Assembly: GCF_018977255.1 (NCBI RefSeq)
Contig: NW_024704744.1
Coordinates: 82,398,001 to 82,462,000 of the forward strand
Length of the DNA: 64,000 bases
Direction of reading: 5' to 3'
Source of the DNA: Callorhinchus milii
Lineage: Eukaryota
The notes beneath the pieces were generated by a model. The model was not told the origin of the DNA and did not search any database. It worked only from the letters and a program-made list of their open reading frames with translations. This document shows, piece by piece, positions 11,046 to 24,106 of this stretch. Made by a program: the position numbers and the translations under genes. The first letter of the stretch is position 1, and the number at the start of each line of letters is the position of its first letter.

Positions 11046-13071
11046 GTTGAGGATACAAAGTAAAATCTTATGCCTACAACTCATAAATGGTTAAATATGA
11101 AATTCTATTCTGTTACATCCCCACTCCCACATACAATTAATTTTTGTATAAATAAATAAATATGAACAGAACGTTTATAAATAAATAAAACTTTTATTTG
11201 TGTTTTTTCAACACAGGATTGTATAAACTGTACAGCACAGAAACAGGCCATTCAACCGACCAGTCTGTGCTGCTGTCTGTACTTCACAAGAGCCTCTGCC
11301 CCTCCTAATCCCCTAAAAATGATAATGCGAATGTTCTCTATCAAACTTTTCAACTCTTATTGCTTGTAAATGTTCTAAAGTCAGCACTTCAGTAAATCAT
11401 GTTGAGGTTTTGATAGTAACGTGCTCATCATAGGCATTTGAAAAGCCATGTTTATCATACGGCAAAAATAAAAGGTAGAAGTATCGAACATGAGTGAGTC
11501 AATGTTCATTACTCGCAAGAGTAATTAATCAGGGCACCAAAAATCGTGATCTTTGTACTTTTGAGAAACACATTTTCTAAAGAATAGCAGATTCTGTAGT
11601 TCAGTAAGTGCCACCCATCGTGTAATAAATTCCAGTACATTTTTCAAGATGTTCCTGACAAATTATTTGGTTATTATATTGGAGGCAAGTTGCCATTCTT
11701 TTGAACAGCGACAAAGAATGATGTTCCAGCCAAACTGCTACAATATTTTAATAAGACCATTGAAACTCTGCGTGTCTTGTAGTAATTTGTTTGGAATCTC
11801 AACAGTGTGTTAAAAATGTCTCTCGGTTTCTCCCATGCTGCTGTTTTAATGGCTGACAGCTTGCCTTGAAGACTGCAACTGGTTGGAATCATATTTCAAT
11901 TTTTTTTGTTGTTTGGAAGGATTTGGCCAGTCAGGAGGTTTGACCTTAACCAGCCCATTGGAGTTAAAGCAATCAAGGCTGCTTGCTTCACTTAATTTGT
12001 TGTTGTTGCTGTCATGACTATGACAAGGAATGCCAGAGTTGATCCAGGCAATTTGTTCACTTTGATTCAGGGGTTTAAATATTAAAGAAGCCAAGTTAAA
12101 AATGAGGAGGTTAGGGATCTATTACACAAAGGGAACAAGTTATCAAGAATGATTATTGAAGCATGATCATAGAATGGGTTCAAGAGGAAACGGGATGCAA
12201 TTCTGGAGACAAAGGGTATTCGACAATGCGTTATTTCCATTTTCCCTACCCAATTTCGTAACCCCTACTATCCCATAATAATTCTCATCTCAGCAAAACA
12301 GCTTCCCTCCTCATCCCGAATAAAGGGGTGGCAATTGAAACCCGTTGATCTAACATTAGTGAGCAAATCGTTCCCAAATGTCATATGGCCAAATTCACAA
12401 GACCTACCTCTGCCAATCAGCTTTTCATGAGGTCTGAGATGTCTTTCCTGAGAAGAGTCTGGGCATCAGAATTGCATTTTGCTGTTCCTAGAAATGCATA
12501 CACAGGTATATGTTCTTAAATCACAAATCTGGATTTCAATGCCACGGCCTATCTGACCCACCAGCTACATGCCAGGTAATTTCTATCAGTTCTGGTGTGA
12601 GCAGCTAGTTAGTAATAGCAAAACAAAAATGATTTTACACATTTATATTGCTTAATGTACCTAGGGCAGGATAACGGGAGGATATCAGCAGGTTACAATA
12701 ACAATTCTTTAGTGTTCTGGGGTGGGAGCTTCGATTAATTGAGTTGAGGGCTGTTATTGAATAGTGGATCTTAGGGAATTGGGCAGGGTGCTCCGCAACC
12801 CCTCCAGGTTATTCTATGACATAATGCAGGTTCTTCAGGCTGTTTGTGGAACTAAATTGACTGCTGCACTGTCTAAAAAATACACTGCACTTCCAGTATA
12901 TGCTGTGAAGGGCTTTGAGACTTGATGCAAAAGGTCCTACCTCAAATGTCACGATCATTACTATTATTATCTCAAGCATGATGAAAACCCCCACTGGAGG
13001 AACCATATGACTAGCAACTTAATTTTCTCTCTTTCTGCCTCATTCTGTGCCTCTAACTGAAACTTGGCCAA

Positions 13072-13170
13072 ACTATATAGTCAATTCACTTTAAAATATT
13101 TTCTGTGAAGCACTTTGATTCGTCTCGAAGACCAGCTAAGACGCTATAGCAAATGCAAGGAGTATTATTG
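13072..13170 (+). mobile_element. SINE family A tail
   Basis: agtcaattcacttta...gctatagcaaatgcaagg. Confidence 0.75.
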
Positions 13171-13846
13171 CCGTTGTTTTTCCTCGTCAATTTTCTCTTC
13201 TCCTCCCTTGCATAAGTGCTGACTCACACAGGGTTAAATCTCGTAGGGTGCCAACAACTTTCTGCTACTGTGAAGCATTTTGAGGCATTCTGACATGACA
13301 ACAAGTTGTAAAAATGCAAGTTCTTTTTTCTTTTACTTTTGGGCTGCGGAATTTAAGATACAAAAAGCAGACATATAATAATCTGGTGATTTGAAAAAAA
13401 GTCACTTTGCACACCTGGACACGTGACACTTTGTTTCCAAGTTTTTCATGAAGTTATATAGCTACAGGGTAATGTCAGAAGAATTTTACAAGAAAGTTGG
13501 AAAATATTCAAATGAGGTGCCAAGGTGTATAATGAGTTTGTTTTCAGCTGTTCCACTCAGAATAATTATCAGTCACTGTGCCCTAAAGCAATTGGACAAT
13601 CTGTCATTTCACAAGAGTTTCAATATTTAATATTAAAATATGGTTAATACACACAATTTTAAAGGCCTGCAATTAAACAGGGAGTCCTCATTCTGCTTTG
13701 GGAGGAGGGCATTGGAGGGCCATTACTATTTCATCACTGAAAATTCCAGGACTCCAAATATGACTTCAAAGTGAACACAAACCCCACTGGTACCTCCTCG
13801 TGGGCCTGAAAAATCCTTTTATTTTCCAGAAAGCAAACATTTTTTT

Positions 13847-13847
13847 N
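13847..13847. other. Ambiguous base (N), possible assembly join
   Basis: Single n after a T run. Confidence 0.9.
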
Positions 13848-13968
13848 CATTGCATATTTTCTACACTTCTATTCTGGAAAAAAAATGCAATGAATCAAGT
13901 GTGCATTGTTTATTTATGAGATCTCTGTATCCTTTAGTGAATGGTCCTACCCTCAGATATTTTATAAG

Positions 13969-14022
13969 GTACATGGTACAGTACATGGTGCAGTACATGG
14001 CACAGTGTCTGGTACAGTTCAT
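13969..14022 (+). repeat. 12-bp tandem repeat (GTACATGGTACA), about 4-5 units
   Basis: gtacatggtaca gtacatggtgca gtacatggcaca gtgtctggtaca. Confidence 0.85.
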
Positions 14023-14368
14023 TGCTATTTTTGGGAACATTTTACAAGATAATAATCTTGTCTAACTCCTTTCCTATCTTTGGAGTTCAGCATGAATCCT
14101 GCTACGGTCAAGGGTTGTGAGGCCTGTATACTGGTGTTAATCAGTCAGTCCACATATATGAACACATCTGTTGCACTTACGCATTGCAAACAAATGGACC
14201 TGTTACTCTCACAAACACATACACACCCAAAGTGATCTTTTACACTCATCCAGTGGATATGAATAGATTTATCAGCCACAAGATGGCATCTTCATATTTT
14301 TAAACAAATATATCATTTACGTATCTGTCTCCTGCCAAACATTATAAACAAAAATGTAGGTAATCAGT

Positions 14369-14432
14369 TGCCCAAATGTCTTTAGTTTTTACAATAACCA
14401 TTGTTATTGTAAAAACTAAAGACATTTGGGCA
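14369..14432. repeat. Perfect 30-bp inverted repeat with 4-nt spacer
   Basis: tgcccaaatgtctttagtttttacaataac-catt-gttattgtaaaaactaaagacatttgggca. Confidence 0.95.
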
Positions 14433-14591
14433 GCCTTTGCAAAGCTACTCACTGAACGTTGCACTCATATATAAACAGCGCAATCTACAGGAACTGCATC
14501 TTTGCATCTGTATGTTTTGTCATTCACCAGTTTAAATTTATCATTTGCATCTTATGTATTGTCCTTCTATTATTATTATTACTATCATTAT

Positions 14592-14700
14592 TTTCTGGAA
14601 ATTAGGAAAGCAGAATTGCCTCCCTTTGGAGAAAGGGTGCCTACTCCATTCTAGACATAGAGAAAATTCCACATGTAGGTGGCAGACATATACATAACTC
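14592..14700 (-). repeat. Unclassified repeat R1 (diverged)
   Basis: tttctggaaattaggaaagcagaat...aattccacatgtaggtgg, inverted relative to 6363 and 7023. Confidence 0.55.
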
Positions 14701-16004
14701 CATTACAACACTTCAAGGGACTCAAATACAAACTCAGATACAAACATTACCAAACTTCCAGGAGCTTGGAAGTTAAACTACATCCCTCCTAAATTGTAGA
14801 GGAAAGGGAAGAGTGGGGGAGATAAGTAATTGTTTTAAAGCCCAGGGACAAAGTCAATTGTTATGGGAGACAGTTTATGAGTTTTGATTTCAACACGGTG
14901 AGGATGCTGGCAAGGTAAAAAGGATTCATGATGGCATATTAGAAACTTAGAGAACAAGAGTGGAATGCTGAGTGGAGGAATGATGACAGTAATATTGATT
15001 ACATAGTATAAGACAAATTTGAGACGGGGGAGGGGGATGAGAGATAAGAGAGATGATGGAGGCCAGAAGTGAGAGAAAGATCAAGTAATCAAAATATTAT
15101 CGTATTTTACCCTGGGGCATAAGAGGTGCTAGAAGAGCTTCCCCAGATATACGAACGGTATTCAAGACCATGAGCAATGGTAAGACAAATTATAAATGTC
15201 ATTGCACATGTGCAGACAGAAATCCTACCCGATGTAGTCTGACTTCAGCCAAATACATTTTCTTTTGCTATAGCCTTGAATGCCCTGATATGAATAACTT
15301 TGACTTACATATACATTCGTCTCACATGCCACAGAAGCACACTTATTCTGAACATTTGTTTCATAAGTGTAGAGTAAGATGTTCCACCGCTGCTTATGAA
15401 CAGCCTGTGCACAGGTCTAACTGCTTGTAGTTAGCTTAAGGGGATCTTAGAACAAGAATGTTGAATCTTAGTTTAAATTGGTTTCATTGGGGGAGGGAGG
15501 GAATCCAATTTCTTCCAGCCTGCAAACATGGTTAGAATTAATGAAAGTATATGAATTTCTGCTGTAGTGACACACACTCAGTCATTGTTTTTATGGTTAC
15601 ATGGTGCGTGGAGGGAGGAGAGAGAGGAGTGGGGGAAGGAGGGTTCAATTTAAATTAAATGAATAACATGTGAAACCTGAAAGAAGTGTTGTCTGCATCC
15701 ATATGCACACAACGTGGTCCCATCGGAACCACGACTCAAAGTTATAAAGTTTCCAAATACTTACACAATTACAATAAATGATCCTTTTCATTTACTGTCC
15801 CACATGTTTGGAATTCTGCAACCAGTCACAAAACACTGGCATCAACCCCAAATCGTTTTGAAGGGTAACTCTCCAATCATTTGTAACAGAAAGCAACGGA
15901 GATCATGTTTGCTTTATATTTTGTCCTCTCCTTTAGTTTCGTTTTTTTAATAATAATTTTTGGGGGATTATTAATCATCTCTAATGTACTGTTATGTCAT
16001 GTGT

Positions 16005-16393
16005 GTCAGGCTGACTCAGTCGGTTGCACTTACGTCTCTGAGTCAGAAGGTTGTGGGTTCAAGCCCCATGTCGTGACTTAGAACTCATATAGTCTAAGCT
16101 GACACTCAAATCGGTACTGAGGTGTGGTGCATTGCTGTCCTTTGAATGAGACGTTAAACTAAGGCCCTATCTGCCTGTTCAGATGGATGCTAAAGATCAC
16201 ATGGCACTACTCGAAAAGAGAAGGGACTTTCTCCAGGTAACCTGGACAACAATCCTCCAAATAAAATTGATCAATCACTTCATGGCTCTTCGCGGGATGT
16301 TTCTGTGTGCAAATCGGCTGGCGTGTTCGTCCACAAAATACACAGTCATTCCACTTTACAATATATTTTGTGAAGTGCTTTGGGAAATCCTTC
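16005..16393 (+). mobile_element. Long SacSINE1-like Deu-domain SINE (old)
   Basis: tRNA head (ctctgagtcagaaggttgtgggttcaagcccc), Deu core (gagacgttaaact.aggcc..ctgcctgttcag.tggatg.taaagatc.catggcacta), tail shared with family A. Confidence 0.85.
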
Positions 16394-16507
16394 TGTACAT
16401 TTATAATATTTACAAGCTAAAAATTTGCAGGATTTCTTGAAGCAGTTCTGAACTTTAAAGAACGTTAGCAGGTGGGACTCCTCTCTTGGTTAAGGGGAGA
16501 GCATAGG

Positions 16508-16672
16508 TGCTTCACCCCCCCTCCCAGGTTCTGTTCTCCCCTCCCTACCTTTCACCCTCCCTGATCTCACTCCACCCCCCCACTCAGGTTTAAATCCCTG
16601 CCTGTTCAGCACCTTGGGACATCCTCACGACGTGAAAGGCGCTATACAAATATAACTTTGTATTGTATTTGT
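16508..16672 (+). mobile_element. L2 3' UTR fragment
   Basis: cagcaccttgggacatcctcacgacgtgaaaggcgctatacaaat. Confidence 0.8.
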
Positions 16673-17873
16673 AAGAACAGCCATTTTGTGATGTCAGGCG
16701 AGCGATATCAGTGTGTACATTTCAGGCCCAAGGTCAGGCTCATTTTTTGCATAATAAGCTTTGGAATGAACTATATCTGCCGAGGAGAGCTAAATCCCAT
16801 GATCCCAACAAAAAAATATTGGGTGGGCTAAGTCTCTAGCTATCATGATAAGTCTTTTTCTTTCACCTGTAGTCGTAATGTAAGAACAGGGCAAGACCAG
16901 CACTGGCAGATTTTGAATTGATTTTTTTTATTAGTGTCTCTGTGTATTTATGACTCTGTGGGATAAGCAACATTCCTGAGAACAGGACAACAAATGCTGT
17001 TCAGTATCTGTGCAGTGGGAAGCCTCACCAACCATGCAAGAACACGACAGGTTGAGTGAAAATACAGTAGTATGTAATTATATCATTGGCAAACCTCCAA
17101 AGACACAATAGAAAAAAAAACTTTAGACATTTGAGGAACCTTCAGAGATCAGAATTGTTCTCATCATCAGGCACTGTACACATCAGATTATCACTACCGT
17201 ATCCTGCAATTCACTGTGCTAGTGAACTAACTACTGTATCAAACTGAGCAGAAATTCTGACTCACTTTCATTTATTTTTAATTTGCTTAAGTGGGAGAGA
17301 AATTATAATTCAAGATATCGTCATTAATTTAATTTCTTGCAAGAGCAGGTCACTACTGGGTCTGATACGTTTCTGACATCATGTCCCGCAGACAGCAGTA
17401 GCTTTGGGAGTTTTCCGCTCATTTTATTGAACATCTGTGCACTCAAACGGATGAACTGAAAGTAAAGCAGGAAAATGCAAGCTACTAACAGGCACATTAG
17501 AAACCTGCCTTAACTGGGCTTGTAATGATACAGATAACATTGAGTTCAATACTGAACAGTTGGATAGACAGCTTCTGTAATTTAAAAGATAGACAGTGTT
17601 TTAATCAGTCTTTTATACAGTAATTAAAACTATTTGTGGATCACTTCCAGCCATCATAGTTACATTTTGCAATGGGAATTCAACGCACATTTTGTAAAAT
17701 AAAGTCTGCTTAAGAAAGATACTTTTCTTCAATAACCTACCTGAGGCTTAAATTTACAATAACGTAATAGCCATTGGAAATGATATAGTGTTTACAATGT
17801 TGATACGTCTCAAAGGGCTTCATAGAGAATTGCTGTCAAGCACAGTATTTGTGAGCCTGATGTGGCAGCCAAT

Positions 17874-18195
17874 ATAATAATAATAATCCTTGCATTTGAT
17901 ATAGCACTTTTCACGTCGGGAGGACGTCCCAAAGCGCTTCACAGAATATACTGTAAAGTGAATTGACTGTATATTTGTGGGCGAACGCGGCAGCCAATTG
18001 CGCACAGCAATGTCCCACAAACAGTCGTAGATTGAAAATGACCAATTTATTATTGTTTTGGGTTTTGGAGGGATTATTATTAGGCTCTGTGTGGAGTAAG
18101 GAAACTTGCCCAAGGTTTCGCCCTCTGCCTGGAATTGAACTCAGGTCTCTCGCTTGCAAAGCGAGTGCTCTAACCACTGAGCTACAGGACTCCAC
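17874..18195 (-). mobile_element. Full-length young SINE A
   Basis: Same structure as 3301-3626, with CpGs largely intact. Confidence 0.93.
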
Positions 18196-18224
18196 AGTCC
18201 TATATGTATAAAATACATACAGCA

Positions 18225-18353
18225 GGTTCCTGCAAACAGCTATTGAAGTGAATGACCAACTTACCTGGAGGATTGTTGACCAGCACACCAGGAGAAAGTC
18301 TGCCAACTTTTTTTTAATCAATCATGCCATGGGATGTTTAACATCCACCTGAA
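18225..18353 (-). mobile_element. SacSINE1-like Deu-domain fragment
   Basis: gccatgggatgtttaacatccacctgaa is the reverse complement of the Deu core. Confidence 0.7.
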
Positions 18354-19309
18354 AGTGGGTCACGTGGGAACGAATCCTTTGGGTCCTCTGCGTAACTGAA
18401 AGGAGGTCCACATCAACGGCATTCTGTTTCCTTTCCAATCCTGTTAAAAAACATTCAGCAAAATTAGACCTTGTTGTTAAAACAGAGTTTGTAAGCGAGA
18501 GGGTTGTTTCTGGGGCAGTCGAACCTATCCCCACAGTGTAAACATGTTGGCGGCTCAGCATATTAAGGAACTGCTTCCACTTGAAGCAATTCTGCAATAT
18601 AAACACAGCAGTGGTCTGACCTCCAGCTACAGTGCCCCAGGAGACGATTGTCAAAGTCCAATCCACAAAACTTTTTTTTAAAAACTTACAAAATATCAAT
18701 AAAGTCGAAGTTAATTCCTAGTATAAAAAACTCCCCCATAAATAATACTTCTTTACCTGATGTGTTTTTAAAGTACCTCCCATCTCCCAGGGTGAAATAA
18801 GACTGATTCTGACTGAAAGTCTGGCATTGCTTCTCTCAGTTGGTTTGTAGTAGATATTGCAATGTTTTTGCTTGAGGTTGGTAATGTGAAATTTGAGGGT
18901 AGCTCAGCTGATCTTGGGCACACAAACAGCTAGCAATAATCTGATGGTCCAATGATATCTGTTCCTCTGTATTACTGAGTAAGCTGATGAGAGACAGGGA
19001 GATGGGGGTGTGGGGGTGGTGTGGAGAGAAAGGGGGGAGGGAGGAGGGAAAAGTGTTCCAAGATTCACCAACATTAACAATGTGTCACCACCTAATAGCG
19101 TCTACCTCTAGGTGAACCGGAAGTCCACGACTGGGTCACAGATGTTTAGGTTGATCTATGCCTGTGGCATTGGCTGCGCTCCCCGAGGAACACAAGAGAT
19201 TTTTGTTTAGCCAAAGTTTTGAGAACTTGTGGAATTTCAAAATTCCTGTCTTCTGGCTTATTCATTAGCAGCTAATGACTAAAATTATCCTAGTTACCAA
19301 TAGCCCATT

Positions 19310-19490
19310 TGGGTAACTGCACTGTATGGTGTGGTACTGAGCCACACAGACTTGGGAGGCCTGGGTTCAATTGCTGGATATGCGCTGAATTAACTTATCT
19401 CAGTGGTCAGGGGGAGGGGAGGGAGGGGAGGGAGGAATAATTGGGCTCAGTTTTTTCTCAGGATAGGAGAGTAAATCCAACTGAATCGCT
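19310..19490 (+). mobile_element. SINE-like family B 5' part
   Basis: ggtgtggtactgagccacacagac..ctgggttcaat..gctgaattaacttatctcag. Confidence 0.65.
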
Positions 19491-19711
19491 ACGTAACCCA
19501 GACCTGACAAGTGCCACTCATTAGGAGTGACAATCATTCATTTTGGTTGAACAACGTGACCTAATTTGACACGTATCACTCTTAAAAATAAACACTGCTC
19601 CGCGTATTTAAATGGGTTTTCAAACTGTGTCACTCTTACTGATCATAAATGTCATTCCTAACATTATCCCAGTCTTGACAGCTCTGCTTAATCCTAAATG
19701 CTACAAAGAGA

Positions 19712-20040
19712 GAGGGAGAGATAACCTGTACCTTGGCTTGTCATCTCTCGATCCTCTCTTGTTTTTGTATTTTATGCTTTCAGACTGTTGGTCTGACGCA
19801 GCCTGGGAGCAGACATTTTGTATTGAATCCCCTCTGCAGTGACACGGTGAATGGGGACAATGGGCCGTGGGCTATGTGCTCAATTCACCATGTCACTGGA
19901 GAGCAGCTTCACTCGAGAGGGAATTGTACACAAAATGTCTGTTCCCAGGCTGTCTCTGAGCAGCAGTTCAAAAGCACAAAACCCAGTAACAATGCAGGAT
20001 GGAGGGGCATGGGTTAGCGCACAAGTACCTCACTCCATAA
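19712..20040. repeat. Long imperfect fold-back (MITE-like)
   Basis: cagcctgggagcagacattttgt pairs with acaaaatgtctgttcccaggctg; cagtgacacggtgaat pairs with attcaccatgtcactg; outer arms pair more weakly. Confidence 0.8.
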
Positions 20041-22169
20041 TAAGAATGATGTGGTGACTCAGCAGAGTGTGCTTTCCCTTTAAAAGGGAACTTCTCTAAT
20101 CTAAACGGTTATATTTCAGTTAAAATCAATACATGTATTATTTACGAGGTGCTGCGCTAAAATAGTTGAGGCAGGAAATAAAGTATTAATTCACCGATCT
20201 ACCTGAGTCTGTGCATTGGTGTGCTTTAACCCTTAGCACTTAAAGGTCCTTAGATCTTTAACTCTTAATTTGCTTACAAAAAAACAGTCTGTCCTTGACA
20301 GTAATAGCTTTGAGACATTTCGATACTACATAAGCACTACAAAAATACAAATCCTTTCATTTTTCTTTAGTCTTATTAAATAATAGCAACTGCATATTGT
20401 GTAATGATTAACAATTGACTGACCAGACACATAAATAATGGCCTTTAGGGCCAACCCAATAAGTTAGAAGGTGAAACTGAAGGTGAAATATTAGCTGGGA
20501 AAATAAGCCTTTACATTGGTCAAAAGTGCTCTTTCTTTTCCTGGTAAAAACTACTGTTTTTCTAATAATGTAATCTGTTTCTTTACCTCTCTATTTCTCC
20601 TTGACTTTTATTTGTCCACCTTTGTTTCCCGCTGACTATCTTTCACTCTCTTCTCTCCCACTCTCTTTGATATAAAGCAGGAGGGTACGAAAGGAGGAAT
20701 GCTTATATTTTCACTATAATTTAGCCCTAAGCTCCCATTCTCCCAGCTTTGTCCTCAACCTCTCTGGCTTCTTCAATCTGGCAATCTCTGGATCTGTCCT
20801 GGTCTAATCTCCTGTCGCTTTGCCCGTATCTTTGGTTTGTAATCTATTCCATACAGGCATGTTACTCCTGCTTTTGTTACTGTGTGACAATTATTACTAA
20901 CTTCACAATTACTGCAGTGCCAGTTTACATACATCAGAAACATTACTCTGTATTCCTCACACACACCCCCAACAAAGTAATAAAATCAATATTTCAGTTC
21001 CTTTTGATTCAAGGTCTTTATAAAACATGCAAGCTACTTACACTGTGCTTTCAGCTACCTCCTGCTACCCTCTTGTCCCCCCACCTGTCTTGAGTTCTCA
21101 CCCATGTCTGCAAAGTGCTTTGAGATGTTTTCGTATGTGAAAGGCGCTATAAGTGTAAATTGTTATTTGTGCCTTTTTTGTGTAGTCTGTTAGTTGGGCT
21201 TCAATAGCACCTTAGAATTCCTTGTCTAGCAATTCCCAGAATACTTTGTGATCTTTATATGTTTTTTGCCTTTGGTTGTTCCAGATGAAACAAAAAAGGG
21301 AATTAAAATCAGAAGAAGTCTGTCTGCTGCAACAGTTAATCAGCACTACTGATGCTCCTTAAAATAAGATGCACCTTCAATTCAAACACAAGAATAGAGA
21401 ATAAAAGAGGCTGTTCCAACAACTCTGGACATTAATGCACTTCACAGTGGACTGCAGGGCTACATTCAGATCATAGGCTTTGGTAAAAGCCAGGCTTTCT
21501 ATTGCTAGTAATTTGTTTTTAGCCTGGTCATCAAGTGCAGACTCAAGCTGAGCCCCAGGTACCAAACTGCCCCTAACTGAGCAATCAGTGGTTAGAAAAT
21601 ACCCGAGTGAATGAGTGTTCTCAACAGGATAATGCTTTCCCTTTGTCCCCAGTATCCTGTTTCGAATTGTGCCCTCACCTTCAGGAGGTACAAGACATCG
21701 GAAGACTCGTCAGTGACACCAAAAGGCGAATTAGGACATAGGAAGGAATAACAGCAGCAAGGATTTTGGGTTATTTAAATAGGTTTTCGGAACTTTGACA
21801 GTAGTGTAGCCAAAACTGTGAATGATGCACTATGACAGGAGATCTGCAACAGCTCTAGTCGCTGAAGACATCAGATTAGAGTTTGATTTCCAAATGGATT
21901 CCCAATAGCAAACTTTGCGGCACTGGGGTGCATTTGACTCTGACATTGACCCACTTGACCTCCCCTCACTTCCCACATTTTCCTTACCATTGTTGATGAT
22001 CATAAAGTGTACTTTAGTGTCCTGTAAAGTGCTTTGAGATGTAATGTCCGTGAAATGCGCTCTCTAAATACAAATTGTTGCTGTTGATCTGCTGGGTCAC
22101 CTAACTCAGTTTGATTCAGTTGGTGTTGGGCCACAAGATTGTGGGGTCACGCTGGGAACCTAAGCTCAT

Positions 22170-22510
22170 ATTACAGCCTAACACTTCAGTGCAACACCGG
22201 GTGACTGTTCTGCTGCATTTTCAGAGGTGCTATCCTTCGGATCAGATGTTAAATTAGTCACGTCTGTCTGTTCAGGTAGACATTAAAGATCCCGTAACAC
22301 TGTTCGAAAAGAGAAAGGTGTTTCTCCTCGCGTCCTGCCTAAAAATCCTCCCGATAAAATCACTTCTTCACTGCTTGTGCACCCTGCTGTGTGCAAATGA
22401 CTGCTGCATTTGTACAAAAACAATTTTTACACTTGACAGTAATGACAGTAAAGCATGTTGAGATATTTCAACATAATAAGGCACTATAAAAGTGCAAGTT
22501 CTTTCTTCTT
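22170..22510 (+). mobile_element. SacSINE1-like Deu-domain SINE (old, headless)
   Basis: gaggtgctatccttcggatcagatgttaaa..ctgttcaggtagacattaaagatccc..; tail gcactataaaagtgcaagttctttc. Confidence 0.8.
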
Positions 22511-22683
22511 AATCTTTCACCAGTAATGGAGACTGAACCATGTGATAGGTACTGTAGGTGGTTTACCGTTATCATTACACCAGGCCTGTCAGGGGAATAT
22601 GTACTGAATATTACAGTTAAACAAGTAGTATATTCACACATACATAATGTGATATTCAATACTTGGAGTAGGAGTTAAGTGTC

Positions 22684-22815
22684 AGAATCTCCTTGGAGCT
22701 GGCACATTCTAGACACAAGGTAATTTCCACGTGTAAGTTGCACAAATATGTAGAACTCTCAGTGTGGTTTGGATACTCTTAAGCATGGTGATGGGTTTCC
22801 AAATGTGTCAGACAC
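22684..22815 (-). repeat. Unclassified repeat R1
   Basis: ggtttggatactcttaagcatggtgatgggtttccaaatgtgtcagaca matches 59335-59380 and, inverted, 7023. Confidence 0.65.
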
Positions 22816-23894
22816 AATGTAGAACCAAAAGGCACTGTGTGAAATTTTGCATATGGCATTGAACCGGTTCCTCTAGATTTACCATTTTGATGGCTTCCAT
22901 ATCAGAAATGATATAGCAAAACTTTTTTTTAAATGTGAGTGTGTTATAAATAGATGCAGGTCTCTATATTCTATTCCAGTCGGTGTATTTGGTATTTATC
23001 TTTTTTTTGAAGAACATCATTTAAACAAATGGTAGAAAGATCAATTGTTTTTTTCCAATGAATACAAATTTCCTCAGTCTGAAAGGGTTAAGCACCAAAA
23101 ACACTTTTAACAAGATTTATGTGTTTTAGTCAAACAGTTCCTCTAAATATTTGCGCTAAGAGATTTGAGAGCTAAATCTCTGCAGTTTTCCAAAGCCTAG
23201 ATTGGCAAAACTTAAAAGGCATTCAATTTCAAAGTGTCCAAACAGTCATCAGTTGTCCAACCATCTGGTTTTAAATACACATTACATCTATGCTACCTTA
23301 GTCACAGTTTCTTTATGGCTCTGCATCCTGCAAACCTTTTTTCATCAATTCAAGAGTCGTGAAAGTCATTGCAGAAGAGAAATCTGATAAAGTCAAGTGA
23401 GTGACAGTGCAACAGTTTTGAAACTCACTTCTTGGAAATCAAAGGACAGCATATTATAAACCGCTGTGCTTTCACTTCTGGAATTCTGGTACAATTCAAC
23501 CCAAATGTGCCATAAAATTATCTACTCTCTAACTCTGTTTATTTCTTTTGTAAATAAAGTACACGGGGAAAGTCCCAATCAAGTTGTTGATGGTCATAAG
23601 CACACAGAAGTGACCGACCACATTTGTGCAATTCACTACAACTTCTGGCTTCTGCCACTGATCAGCTGGCTTCCTTGTGGACCTGAAGCAAGAACCAGCA
23701 GCCCCTCTGTAACGTAACCCATTATAGTATTGGATCTCACTTGATGGACCCAAACTACTGTGTTATAACGGTATGTCACTGGTTCTGCATTCGTACAGTG
23801 AGCCACTGGAATTAGCCGGTGTGATCTGAAGAGGCAGCCAGTGGCAAACGGGATTCAGCCACTGGCGTTTAGAAGCAGGGCACCTCCTTCTCTT

Positions 23895-24106
23895 AAACAA
23901 AATACATAACACTGCAGATGCTGGAGATCTGAAATAAAAATAGAAGTTGCTGGGAACACTCAGCAGGTCAGGCAGCATCTATGGAGAGAGGAAAGTGAGT
24001 CAGAGTTCTGACAAAAGATCCGACCTGAAATGTTAACTCACTTTCCTTTCTCCATAGATGCTACCTGACCTGCTGAGTGTTCCCAGTGACTTCTGTTTTT
24101 ATTTCA
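23895..24106. mobile_element. Palindromic Penelope-like (PLE-derived) element
   Basis: 71-bp arms 23930-24000 and 24036-24106 with 5 mismatches; hammerhead-like spacer; flanking 14-bp direct repeat cacctcyttctctt. Confidence 0.75.

Noticed and set aside
11846-12094. 82-aa ORF as a terminal coding exon
   Set aside because: Weak acceptor, no recognisable homology, no upstream exon chain
18346-18441. Minus-strand exon candidate (tttttaacag...CAG/gtggat)
   Set aside because: The apparent donor is part of the adjacent Deu-SINE fragment and the peptide is unrecognised
18998-19050. G-rich tracts as functional G-quadruplexes (also 19409-19435)
   Set aside because: Low-complexity purine runs are common here and there is no supporting context
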